A stretch of 64,000 bases of DNA from an uncultured delta proteobacterium. GTDB taxonomy: Bacteria > Myxococcota_A > Polyangia > Polyangiales > B10-G4. The stretch is from assembly GCA_963727445.1 (NCBI GenBank), contig CAVSGI010000021.1, positions 192,001 to 256,000 on the forward strand, in the 5' to 3' direction. Every line of letters begins with the position of its first letter. Within the stretch, counting starts at the first letter, position 1. The notes beneath the pieces are model-generated. The model did not search any database. It saw only the letters and a list, made by a program, of their open reading frames with translations, and was not told where the DNA came from. The translations under genes and the position numbers were made by a program. Shown one piece after another: positions 9,454 through 18,383 of the stretch.

Positions 9454-11154
9454 ATGAAGTTTCTCTGCGGCAACTGCAAGGCGAAGTACCAGATCGCCGA
9501 CGAGAAGATCTCGGGTCGGACGCTTCGGATGAAGTGTCGGCGCTGTCAGCACGACATCATCATTCGGGGCGAGGAGCAGGCCGCGGCGGCCGCGCCCGCG
9601 GCGGCGGCGAGCGGCGCGGCCCGCGCACCTGCCGCTCCGCGCCGTCCGGGCGGCCCCGCGCCTGCGCCGGCGCCCCGTGCGCCTCAGCGAGGCTCCGCGC
9701 TCGGCGCCGACTTCCGTCGTAGCGTCGGCGGCGCAGCGCCGAAGCCACCGGCGCCCGCACCGCCGCCGCCGCCCGCCGAGCTGTGGCACGTGGCGATCAA
9801 CGACGTGCCCGTCGGTCCCATCCGCCGCGAAGAGGTGGAGAAGAAGATCCAGACCGGCGCCGTCAACGGTGAGTCGCTCTGCTGGCGCGAGGGCTTCGAC
9901 GATTGGCGGCCGCTCAAGGACGTCGCCGAGCTCGCCTCTCTTCTGCGCAAGCAGAGGCCGCCGCCCCCGTCGCGGCGCCCGCCGGTGGGCAAGGGGATCG
10001 GCCAGCGCCGAAGCGGTGAGAGCCGTCCGCGTATCCGTCCCTCCGCTCGCCCGGGCTCCGAGTCCTCTCGTCCCGCCGCGCCCATCCCCGACAACGTCGT
10101 CCCCATCGGCGGCCGACTCGGAGGCTCTGCAGCGCCGCCGGAGGTCGACCCCTACGAAGAGGAAGCGACGCGCGTCGGCGCGCCCGCCTTCCAAGAAGAC
10201 GACGTGGGGCCGACCATCCCCGAGCCCAGCCGCGACCTCGGCTCGCTTCCCAAGGCCGCCGCGACCCTCTCCTCGGTTCCCGAGTCGTCGCCCCCTGCCG
10301 CCGAGCCCCCGGCGAGCGATCCGCTCGCCGACATGTTCGGGTCTGCGCCGGGCGCGGCGCCTGCGAGCCCCGCGTTCGGCGCTCCGGCCGCGAGCCCGTC
10401 CGCCGAGGTCGCCCTCAGCGAGGCGCCGCCGAAGCGCCGCAAGCGCGCGATCCCGATCGGCGCGTGGATCGCCATCGCCGCGGCCGGTGCCTTCGGGATG
10501 ACCCTCGCCGTCTTCGTCGCCACCAATCTGATGCGGCAGCCGGAGCCGGTCGCCGACGCCACGGCGCCCACCACGCCCGAGCCCGAGCCCACCACGGCCG
10601 AGCCGCAGCTCGTCCTCGAGGAAGAGCCCACGGCGGAAACGGAGGAGGAAGCGGGCGCCGAAGAAGAGGCGCCCGAGGACAACGGAGCTGCGACCAGCGG
10701 CATGCGTCGCGCCGCAGCCGGGATGACCACCAGCCCCACCACCGCCACCATGCGCGCGCTCACCGCTGAGCAGCAGGCGCTGATCGAGCGGATGGGCGGC
10801 AGCGGCTCGGCGGGCGCCAACATCAACACCGACGAGGTGGGCAACGCCTCGATGATGAACAACCGGCCTCAGCTCACCGAGAACCAGCTGCGCAGCACGG
10901 TCAACAACAACCGGCGGAGCCTTCAGCGGTGTTACGAGCTCGCCATTCGCGGAGCCGGCGAGCCGCCCACGATACGCCTCGATGTGCAGGTCACCATCGC
11001 CGAGTCGGGACGGGTCACGCGCGTGAGCGCCAGCGGTCGCGATTTCGGCGGGATGAAGGCCTGCGTGGAGTCGAACGTGCGGCGCTGGCGCTTCCCGGCA
11101 TCGGGCGGCGCCACCGCCACCGCCTTCCCCGTGGTCTTCCAGCCGGGCGCCTGA
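9454..11154 (+). CDS. gltJ: AgmX/GltJ-like protein (Zn ribbon, GYF_2, Pro-rich linker, TM, TonB-C-like C-terminal domain)
   Basis: MKFLCGNCKAKY...CRRC; GYF_2 WHVAINDVPVGP...CWREGFDDWRP; single TM; LQRCYE...ACV...RRWRFP. Orthologue versus paralogue not resolved. Confidence 0.75.
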   Translation: MKFLCGNCKAKYQIADEKISGRTLRMKCRRCQHDIIIRGEEQAAAAAPAAAASGAARAPAAPRRPGGPAPAPAPRAPQRGSALGADFRRSVGGAAPKPPAPAPPPPPAELWHVAINDVPVGPIRREEVEKKIQTGAVNGESLCWREGFDDWRPLKDVAELASLLRKQRPPPPSRRPPVGKGIGQRRSGESRPRIRPSARPGSESSRPAAPIPDNVVPIGGRLGGSAAPPEVDPYEEEATRVGAPAFQEDDVGPTIPEPSRDLGSLPKAAATLSSVPESSPPAAEPPASDPLADMFGSAPGAAPASPAFGAPAASPSAEVALSEAPPKRRKRAIPIGAWIAIAAAGAFGMTLAVFVATNLMRQPEPVADATAPTTPEPEPTTAEPQLVLEEEPTAETEEEAGAEEEAPEDNGAATSGMRRAAAGMTTSPTTATMRALTAEQQALIERMGGSGSAGANINTDEVGNASMMNNRPQLTENQLRSTVNNNRRSLQRCYELAIRGAGEPPTIRLDVQVTIAESGRVTRVSASGRDFGGMKACVESNVRRWRFPASGGATATAFPVVFQPGA

Positions 11155-11158
11155 GCCG

Positions 11159-11509
11159 CTACTTCAGGAAGCTGACCAGCAGGTAGACGCCGACCGCCAG
11201 GGCCAGGGCGAGGCCGATGGTCTGCGGCCAGCTGAGCCCGCCGGCGCTGCTCGGCTGCGGCGGCACCGTATCCGGGCCGCGCTTGCCCGAGTGGGCTCCC
11301 AAATCGTCAGAGACCTGGATCGAGGCCTCCTGGGAGCGCTTCGCCTCGGTCGCGGGCCCCGTGGTGGAGTCGCGAACCCCTCCGAGCGCCGCCTTCAGCT
11401 TCTCCTCGTCCCAGACGTCCGTGACGTCGTCGAGGCCGTCATCCTCGTCGTCTTCGTCGACGTCCACGAGGGGCGGCAGGTCGGGCTTCTCTTCGTCGGG
11501 ATCGGACAA
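11159..11509 (-). CDS. Small acidic protein with C-terminal TM anchor
   Basis: Acidic N-terminus, ends IGLALALAVGVYLLVSFLK; start uncertain (TTG 11509 chosen). Confidence 0.6.
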   Translation of the reverse strand: MSDPDEEKPDLPPLVDVDEDDEDDGLDDVTDVWDEEKLKAALGGVRDSTTGPATEAKRSQEASIQVSDDLGAHSGKRGPDTVPPQPSSAGGLSWPQTIGLALALAVGVYLLVSFLK

Positions 11510-11582
11510 GGGAGCCCTCGAATCTTCGCAGAATCCCCCAGGGGGTCCAAGAATCTTCCCGATTTTGGTAGCTTCCGCCCCC

Positions 11583-11852
11583 GTGTCGGGGGGAGAGCTC
11601 ACAGGGTTGATCGTCGAGACCCTCTATTTGGTGCTTCTGGTCTCGGCACCGGCGCTCCTGGTGAGCTTGGTGGTGGGATTCGGCGTGGGGTTGCTGCAGG
11701 CCACCACGCAGGTGCAGGAACAGACACTCTCCTTCGTCCCCAAATTGGTGGCGGTGGCGGCGGCGCTCGCGGTCTTCGGAGGCTTCATGGGCGGAGAGCT
11801 GATCCGCTTCACCGAGGCTCTGTGGACGTCCATCCCGACGCTCTTCCCCTGA
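11583..11852 (+). CDS. fliQ: Type III export apparatus subunit FliQ/SctS
   Basis: 89 aa, two hydrophobic hairpins, signature QATTQVQEQTLSFVPK. Confidence 0.93.
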   Translation: MSGGELTGLIVETLYLVLLVSAPALLVSLVVGFGVGLLQATTQVQEQTLSFVPKLVAVAAALAVFGGFMGGELIRFTEALWTSIPTLFP

Positions 11853-11859
11853 TGGTGCC

Positions 11860-12648
11860 ATGACGCTCGCGGAGATCGAACGGTGGCTGGCCCTCGGCAC
11901 CCTCGTCGCGGCTCGGGTCGGCCCCCTCACCGTGATCCTGCCCTGGCTCGCGCTGCGATCGGCACCCGCGCTCCTGCGGGCGGCCCTCGTCCTGACGCTG
12001 ACTCTGGCCCTCGCGCCGCTCACGGCCGGCGCTGTCGACCAGGTGCCCACGTCGATGGCGATGCTCGCGCTCTTCGCCCTGCGCGAGCTGGTGATCGGCA
12101 CGCTCTTCGCCATCGCGGCGGGCCTGCCTTTCTTCGCGCTGGGATGGTCCGGTCAGCTGATCGACACCTGGCGCGGGTCCTCCCTGGCCGAGGTGATCGC
12201 GCCGCCGACCGGGGAGCGTACGAGCCCGCTCGGCGATCTCCTCCTGCTGGGCGGGGTGGCGCTCTTCCTGGCGCTCGGCGGCCACCGCTTCGCGCTCATG
12301 GCTTTCGCCGAGGGGCTCTCGGCGATGCCCGTCGGCGCGCTCGACCTGGGCCAGAACCTCGGCGACGTGATCCTCGAGACGATGCATCTGGCAGGTGCTG
12401 CGCTCGCCTTTTCCGTGGCGATCGCGGCCCCGGCCGCGGTGGCGATCGTGCTGGTGGAGCTGGGGCTCGGGCTGGTCGCGCGGAGCGCGCCCCAGATCCC
12501 GGTGTTCTTCGCCGGGATGCCGCTGCGCGCGGCGACGGGGCTCTTCGCCCTGCTCCTCGCCGCATCGCTGGTGATCGAGGAGCTTCCCGCCGTCTTCGAG
12601 GACGCGACCGACGCCGCCGCGGCGCAGATCGAGCGCCTCGGCCGCTAA
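11860..12648 (+). CDS. fliR: Type III export apparatus subunit FliR/SctT
   Basis: 262-aa hydrophobic protein with ELVIG, GQLIDTWRG, LGLVARSAPQIPVFF. Confidence 0.9.
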   Translation: MTLAEIERWLALGTLVAARVGPLTVILPWLALRSAPALLRAALVLTLTLALAPLTAGAVDQVPTSMAMLALFALRELVIGTLFAIAAGLPFFALGWSGQLIDTWRGSSLAEVIAPPTGERTSPLGDLLLLGGVALFLALGGHRFALMAFAEGLSAMPVGALDLGQNLGDVILETMHLAGAALAFSVAIAAPAAVAIVLVELGLGLVARSAPQIPVFFAGMPLRAATGLFALLLAASLVIEELPAVFEDATDAAAAQIERLGR

Positions 12649-12687
12649 CCGTGGACGGCGCGCCCTCGATCGTTTAGATCCGCGCCG

Positions 12688-13215
12688 ATGATGAAGAACG
12701 TTCGCACCCTCATCGACGCCGAAAAGATCGCGGCCCGCGTGCGCGAGATGGGCGCGCAGATCACCCAGGACTACGCCGGCGAGGAGGTGGTGCTCATCAC
12801 CGTGCTCAAAGGCAGCTTCATCTTCGCCGCGGATCTGTCCCGCGCGATCGACCTGCCCCTGAGCGTCGACTTCCTGGGCCTTCGCAGCTACGGCGACGGC
12901 ACCGAGTCGAGCGGCGTGGTGCAGATCACCAGCGACCTCACCAAGCCCATCGAAGGCAAGCACGTGATCGTGGTCGAGGACATCGTCGATACGGGGCTGA
13001 CGATGCAGTACCTCCTCGAGAACCTCGAGACCCGCCACCCGAAGTCGGTGAAGCTCGCTTCGCTGCTGCACAAACCGGCGCGCACCCGCGTGGATGTCGA
13101 CATCCACTACCTCGGCTTCACCATCGAGGACGTCTTCGTCATCGGCTACGGCCTCGACTACGCCCAGAAGTACCGGAACCTGCCGTTCATCGGGGTCGTG
13201 GAATCGAATGGCTGA
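12688..13215 (+). CDS. hpt: Hypoxanthine phosphoribosyltransferase
   Basis: [25 protein letters not shown] loop, [17 protein letters not shown]. Confidence 0.97.
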   Translation: MMKNVRTLIDAEKIAARVREMGAQITQDYAGEEVVLITVLKGSFIFAADLSRAIDLPLSVDFLGLRSYGDGTESSGVVQITSDLTKPIEGKHVIVVEDIVDTGLTMQYLLENLETRHPKSVKLASLLHKPARTRVDVDIHYLGFTIEDVFVIGYGLDYAQKYRNLPFIGVVESNG

Positions 13216-13534
13216 CCGTCTCGCGATGCTGAAGAAGATGGTGGAAGGCGGGTCCAAAGATCCCTTCCACTGGTACGCGCTCGCCATGGAGTACCGCTCC
13301 CTCGGCCAGCTCGATGCGGCGCTGGATGCCTATGGAGACGTGCGTGACGAGTTCCCGGATTACGTGCCCACCTACCTGATGGCGGGCCAGGTCTGCCACG
13401 AGCGCGAGGACTACATGGCGGCGAAGAAGTGGCTCGAAGCGGGCCTCGCCGCCGCCCAGAAGGCGCACGACGGAAAGGCGCTGACCGAGATCCAACAGCT
13501 CCTCGACCTGGTGAAGTCCGAGCTCGGCGATTGA
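13208..13534 (+). CDS. Small TPR protein
   Basis: [11 protein letters not shown]...[12 protein letters not shown]...[12 protein letters not shown]; overlaps the hpt stop. Confidence 0.85.
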   Translation: MADRLAMLKKMVEGGSKDPFHWYALAMEYRSLGQLDAALDAYGDVRDEFPDYVPTYLMAGQVCHEREDYMAAKKWLEAGLAAAQKAHDGKALTEIQQLLDLVKSELGD

Positions 13535-14226
13535 GTGAGCCGGCGCCGCGGCGGAAGTGGCTCGCCGGACTCTCTTTCGCCGCGAGCTTGCTGGTGGGTG
13601 CGCTCGCGGTCGTCGCGGAGTTCTGGCTCCGTGTCGGCGATGCCAGCTTCGGTATGGCCGTCGCCGCGTTCCTGATGCTCGTCGCCATCACCGTGCGCCT
13701 CACCGACCGACTGCCGGCCCCGGCCGAGGCGCAGCCCCATCAGCGAAGCCCCTTCGACTTCCTCGGGGTGATCTGGCTCCTGTCCATTCCCTTCGGTCCC
13801 TTTCTGGGCTGGCTCTCGACGGAGCAGCTGACGGTCGACAACTGGCGCCTCGTCGCGGGCATCCGCGTCGCCCTCTGCATCGGCCTCCCGATCATCGGCG
13901 TCCTCGGGCTGCTCCGTTTCGTTCGCGGATCGCGCGCGCTCGCCGCGGGCGCGATCCTGCTGGTCGGCACCGGGTTCCCCGTGTTCTTCGGGCTGAGCGC
14001 AGCGCGCGATCTCCTCCAGGGCCCCGCCTGGGAGAACGTGGAGGTCGAAGCCGTCCTCTCGCAAACGCTCCATCTCGGCGGCCACGAGCCGGTCGTCGTT
14101 CCCGACGCGCTCGTCGACCTGTCGGACGGACGGGAGCTCCGCACGGCCGGTGATATCCCGGTCCATCGTGGACCGATGCGGCTGTTGGTCCTGCGCGGAC
14201 TGGGTCGCGTGATCGATTCGCGGTAG
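13531..14226 (+). CDS. Hypothetical multi-pass membrane protein
   Basis: About five TM segments; TTG start overlaps the upstream stop. Confidence 0.7.
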   Translation: MSEPAPRRKWLAGLSFAASLLVGALAVVAEFWLRVGDASFGMAVAAFLMLVAITVRLTDRLPAPAEAQPHQRSPFDFLGVIWLLSIPFGPFLGWLSTEQLTVDNWRLVAGIRVALCIGLPIIGVLGLLRFVRGSRALAAGAILLVGTGFPVFFGLSAARDLLQGPAWENVEVEAVLSQTLHLGGHEPVVVPDALVDLSDGRELRTAGDIPVHRGPMRLLVLRGLGRVIDSR

Positions 14227-14258
14227 CGACGCGGCACCGGGGCGGTCACACTCGAGGG

Positions 14259-14999
14259 GTGGGGGCACGGCGACAGATGAGGCCGGTCTCGAACCAGCGG
14301 GGATCGTCCACCATCGTCGTTCTGGTCGTGATGCTCTGCGCCTGCGCCCAGACGCATGAGCCGGCTCCGGTGGACGCAGCGGCGGCGGATGTGACGCCGG
14401 TGTCGTGCGAGGGCGAGGGCGAGGTGTGCGACACCGGCGAGGCCTGCATCGAGGGGCGGATCGATTGTGCGAGCGGGCGGCCGGAGTGCGTCGCGCTCGG
14501 GCCCATCCCCGGCTGTCCCGAAGACCCCGGGTGCGGCTTGCCTTGCGAAACCGGCGAGCCGTGTGTGGCCGGCGTCATCGATTGCTCGACCGGCGCTTGC
14601 GTTCCCTCCGGGACACAGCCCGCCGGTACAGCCTGCGGCCCGGGGCTGGCGTGCGACGACTCGGGTGGGTGCACGGTGTGTGTCCCCGGCGGGTCTTGTG
14701 AGACGGGGAGCCCTTGTCACGAGGGCAGCTGGGACTGCTCGACGGGCACGCCGGTGTGCGCGGCCATTCAGGCGTTGCCCGAGGGCACGCCGTGCGGTGC
14801 CGCGGGCTTCTGTGATCCGGCGAGCCCGACCTGCAGCGAATGCGTTCTGGGAAGCGCTTGCTACGTCATGGGGTGTTTCGTCGGAACCGTCGATTGCTCA
14901 TCCGGTGAGCCGCAGTGCATGTTCGATCACACGCTCCCTGCGGGGGTTGCCTGCGGAGACGGTGGAACATGCAACCCGCTCGGGCTCTGCCGCGAGTAG
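14259..14999 (+). CDS. Cys-rich lipoprotein
   Basis: Lipobox LCAC; repeated CxTGxPCxxGxxDCSxGxPxC units. Confidence 0.75.
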   Translation: MGARRQMRPVSNQRGSSTIVVLVVMLCACAQTHEPAPVDAAAADVTPVSCEGEGEVCDTGEACIEGRIDCASGRPECVALGPIPGCPEDPGCGLPCETGEPCVAGVIDCSTGACVPSGTQPAGTACGPGLACDDSGGCTVCVPGGSCETGSPCHEGSWDCSTGTPVCAAIQALPEGTPCGAAGFCDPASPTCSECVLGSACYVMGCFVGTVDCSSGEPQCMFDHTLPAGVACGDGGTCNPLGLCRE

Positions 15000-15092
15000 G
15001 CGTTCCGCGGCGGTCATGGAGCCGCGGCGCCTCAAGCAGTACCCTTCGCGCCATGGGCGTTCATTCCGGATCGTCGCGGCCATGAGCGTGTC

Positions 15093-15566
15093 ATGAGCAA
15101 CGAGTTCGAGGTGGAGATCCCGGGCGTCGTGGGTCGAGTGACCCTCACGCGGCCCGGCGCATTTTCGGGCTCCGAGCTGCGGGTCGATGGGCACCCGGCG
15201 CCGAAGGGGGACAAGCGCGGCACCTTCGAGCTCCCGGCCGAGGGAGGCCGCAAGAAGATCGCCCGGCTTCGGCAGCACATCTCCTGGGTCTTGCCCGCGG
15301 TCGAGGTCGACGACGTGAAGCACGAGGTCGGGCCGAAGATCCCATTCGGCCTCATGCTCCTCGCGTGCATCCCCTTCGCCCTCGGCGGCGTGGGCGGCAT
15401 GATCGGCGGCGCGATGGGCGGCGCGGCCTTCGCGATCAACATGGGGATCGCGCGCTCCACCCTCCCGGTCGTCTCGCAGGCGCTCGCGATGGTCGCCGTC
15501 ACCGTCGCCGTCAGCATCGGGTTCTTCTTCATCGCGGGCCTGATCGGTCTGGCGTCGCACCCCTGA
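15093..15566 (+). CDS. Hypothetical membrane protein
   Basis: Soluble beta-rich N-terminus followed by Gly-rich TM segments. Confidence 0.75.
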   Translation: MSNEFEVEIPGVVGRVTLTRPGAFSGSELRVDGHPAPKGDKRGTFELPAEGGRKKIARLRQHISWVLPAVEVDDVKHEVGPKIPFGLMLLACIPFALGGVGGMIGGAMGGAAFAINMGIARSTLPVVSQALAMVAVTVAVSIGFFFIAGLIGLASHP

Positions 15567-15578
15567 GCGGCGGTCGCT

Positions 15579-16499
15579 TCAATCACACGGCAGCATGGAC
15601 GTGCCCAGCGCGAGCTCGTCGGAGTAGACCGTCGCGGTCGGCTGCGAAGAGCCCGCGCGCTCGAGGCCGAGGAGGGCGCTCGAGATCGGGTTCGCGGGGC
15701 GCGTATCGATGCCTGTCATCGAGAGCGCTGGAGCGCCGTCGACCCATGCCTCGACGGAGCCGGCGACGTCGTCGACGACGATGCGCGCCTGTAGGCAGAA
15801 CCACCGGTCGAGGGGGGCGACCTCGCCGGAGGTGACGATGGAGGGGGCGACGTAGAGCTGCATGGCGCCGTCCGTGCCGATCCCCACCGAGGTGCCGTCG
15901 TAGGGGTCGGCGTCCTCGAAGGCGTAGAAGAAGGAGACGGAATCCAGGGCAAAAGTGGATGGGACGTAGAAGTATCCGCGGATCCAGAGCTCGCCCGAAT
16001 CGATGGGCGCGAAATCCTTCCCCACCGCCGCGCGCCCACCCGGCGCCGACGTCTCGCTGGAGAGCGACACGCCGCCGCGATAGGTGGGCGACGTGCTCAG
16101 ATCCACGACTTCGTCGTTCGTCTCGACCCAGTCCCAGGCGTCGGTCGTCGCATCCTCGAAGCCGTCGCAGAAGAACGCGCCCGAGAGGATGTCGTCGCAG
16201 GCGGTGTCGTCGGGCGCAGCGTCCACGTCCGCCACGGCCGTGTCGGCCGCAGCTCCATCGGCGTCGGCGCGCGCGTCGGCCGCGTCGGCATCCGCGGTCG
16301 ATGCATCGCGCGCCGCGTCGGGCGCGGCATCCGCAGCATCGACGCCGCCGTCTGCCTGTACGCACATCCCCCCGACACAGACCCAGCCATCGACGCACGG
16401 ACAGCTGCGGCCCCCCAGGTCGACCGGCTCCACCGTGCACGCCCCGAGGAGGCAGGTCGCCAACCAAACCCATGAAAAGCCGCTGGCTCCTCCCCGCAT
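15579..16499 (-). CDS. Lipoprotein with ConA/polysaccharide-lyase-like beta-sandwich domain
   Basis: Lipobox LGAC, short Cys module, DA-rich linker, FCDGFE...RWFCLQ...AWVDG...YSDEL. Confidence 0.7.
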   Translation of the reverse strand: MRGGASGFSWVWLATCLLGACTVEPVDLGGRSCPCVDGWVCVGGMCVQADGGVDAADAAPDAARDASTADADAADARADADGAAADTAVADVDAAPDDTACDDILSGAFFCDGFEDATTDAWDWVETNDEVVDLSTSPTYRGGVSLSSETSAPGGRAAVGKDFAPIDSGELWIRGYFYVPSTFALDSVSFFYAFEDADPYDGTSVGIGTDGAMQLYVAPSIVTSGEVAPLDRWFCLQARIVVDDVAGSVEAWVDGAPALSMTGIDTRPANPISSALLGLERAGSSQPTATVYSDELALGTSMLPCD

Positions 16500-16532
16500 G
16501 CGTGCAGCCTACAACGAAAGACGACCATCGAC

Positions 16533-18029
16533 TCAAGGACACGTGCGCGCTGTGCACTCGAAGCGCGTGTAGCCGGCGATCTCGAGGTCGGGGGAGAGAA
16601 CGAGGCGTGCGGGCTGCTCGGATTCGCCGCACCTGCGCAGGACCGCAGGGGAGAAGGTGTCGACGTACCAGCCTTCGCCCTCTGGCGGGAGGCCTTCGGT
16701 GGCGAGCTGCTCGATACGACACTCCTCTGCGCCGGTCAGTGGATCGTAGCCGGCGTGCACGCGCGCGGGGAGCGTGTCGCACCGAGGGGCGTCTTCGCCG
16801 GTGGGCAACGTCTCGATGAGCTCGCATGGGAGGCGCCGGTCGGCGTCGAGGCGCGGTGTGCGCGGACCGATGCAGGAGACGAGCGGTGTGGCGATGGCAC
16901 GGAGGATGGCGTCGATCGCGTTCGTGTAGTCCGGCGCGCAGAGCGACGCGACGGCGGTGGAGACCCCTCGCGCGTCGAGGCCCCGGGCCACTTCGACCAT
17001 CCGGCGCGGGGGGAACGCGAAGCTGCTGCCAGCCTCGTTGCACGAGGGTCGAAGACGCATGGGTTGGTCGGGGTCGAGCTCCTGCTGCATGTCCGGATGG
17101 GCGAGGATGGCTTCGTAGTCGGGGCGCTCGCCAACGGCCGGCTCGGCGTCTGCGGGGATGCCGGCCAACACGGAGAAGACGAGCCGATCGGCGCTGCGTC
17201 CAGCGAGCAGACCATCGACGTAGCGCTCGATGGGCTGGAGCGCTTCGGGGTGGGCGAAGCAGCGGAGACTCAGCGGGACGTCGCCGTAGTCTGCGTTCGA
17301 CACGTCGTAGAGGGAAGGGTCGAGCGCCGAGCAATCGTCCTCGTCGGTCAAGGCGACGATCGCCAACACGGCGTCCGGTCGGAGGAAGCCCGCGTTTTCA
17401 CCGTCGGCGTGGCCGAGCGTTCGGTCTGCGAACGACCCGTCGAAAGCGCCGGTGGGGCCTCGAGACGAAGGCGTCACGGCTTTGAGGATCGCTTCGAGGG
17501 GTTGCTCGAGCCCGCATCCACCGGAGCCGACGGAGGCGACGCAGCGCATCTCGTTCGCGAACGCTTCGAGGTCGTCCGTGATCGGGTTGAAGGAAAGGAA
17601 GCTCGGGCCGGAGCAGGAGCCGTCCCAGCTGCCGTCGCGCAGGATCCCGTCCTCGCCGTGGGGCTGCAGCGTGCAGGTGGGGACTTCGAAGCCATGGGTC
17701 CCCATGTCGGATGTGACGACCCCGACTTGGATCGAGCGCACGGGCGAAAAGTCGCGGCCGAAGACGAGCCCATCGCTCGGATCCGCGTCCCCCATCGAGA
17801 GCGCTTCGATCAGTCGCGGGAGCTGATCGATCAAGAGGGCCTGTTCGCTCAGGGTGCCTTGCGAGTCGTCCATCATCAGGAGCAGATCGACCTCGTCGAT
17901 GTCCGCACCGGTCGGCCGCAACACCTCCGCGCTGTGCGTGCAGGGGTCAGCCTCGGTGGTGTCGGAGGCACAAGCGGACAGGAGCAGCGCCGCGATCAGC
18001 CATGGCAGATGTCTGGACTCGCGCGCCAC
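16533..18029 (-). CDS. VWA-domain lipoprotein (CglB-like family)
   Basis: Lipobox LSAC; VDLLLMMDDS, VGVVTSD, GCGLEQPLEA, FLRPDAVLAIVALTDEDDCS. Confidence 0.8.
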   Translation of the reverse strand: MARESRHLPWLIAALLLSACASDTTEADPCTHSAEVLRPTGADIDEVDLLLMMDDSQGTLSEQALLIDQLPRLIEALSMGDADPSDGLVFGRDFSPVRSIQVGVVTSDMGTHGFEVPTCTLQPHGEDGILRDGSWDGSCSGPSFLSFNPITDDLEAFANEMRCVASVGSGGCGLEQPLEAILKAVTPSSRGPTGAFDGSFADRTLGHADGENAGFLRPDAVLAIVALTDEDDCSALDPSLYDVSNADYGDVPLSLRCFAHPEALQPIERYVDGLLAGRSADRLVFSVLAGIPADAEPAVGERPDYEAILAHPDMQQELDPDQPMRLRPSCNEAGSSFAFPPRRMVEVARGLDARGVSTAVASLCAPDYTNAIDAILRAIATPLVSCIGPRTPRLDADRRLPCELIETLPTGEDAPRCDTLPARVHAGYDPLTGAEECRIEQLATEGLPPEGEGWYVDTFSPAVLRRCGESEQPARLVLSPDLEIAGYTRFECTARTCP

Positions 18030-18041
18030 GCCGTCCGTCGT

Positions 18042-18057
18042 TACAAGTCGTGTGCCA
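18042..18057 (-). promoter_or_regulatory. Possible sigma-54 promoter
   Basis: Minus strand TGGCACACGACTTGTA; palindrome GACAAC-N3-GTTGTC at 18131-18145 could be the enhancer site. Confidence 0.5.
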
Positions 18058-18383
18058 GCCTCGCGCGTCGGAAATGACACGCACATTCGACTCGCGCGTT
18101 TCCCATCGAGCCACGAAGGTTGGCTTCGCTGACAACGAAGTTGTCGCTGGGCCCTACTGCGCGTTCTGCGGCACCAAGCGACGTGCTCCACGCCGTGAAC
18201 CGTGAGCGCCGAACGCTCGACGTCGGCCGCGACCAGCGGCTCCGTGACCTTCGAGGTCGAAGGCGAGCTCCCCGCCCCCGACGGCTGCCACACATCTTCG
18301 TCGCCGACAAGCTCGATGCATGACAGGCCTCCTCACTCCATGCGGAGCGGGCGTAGCGTGGCACGCATCCCGCGCACGCGCCG

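Noticed and set aside
11583..12648. Evidence for a flagellum
   Set aside because: No other flagellar gene in the window, and FliR looks closer to SctT.
18154..18335. Small minus-strand ORF behind an SD-like GAGGAGG
   Set aside because: Coding-like sequence switches frames and has no recognisable product; at most a degraded fragment.
18359..18373. TGGCACGCATCCCGC sigma-54-like site on the plus strand
   Set aside because: Points into the 3' end of an opposite-strand gene, and the -12 element is poor.
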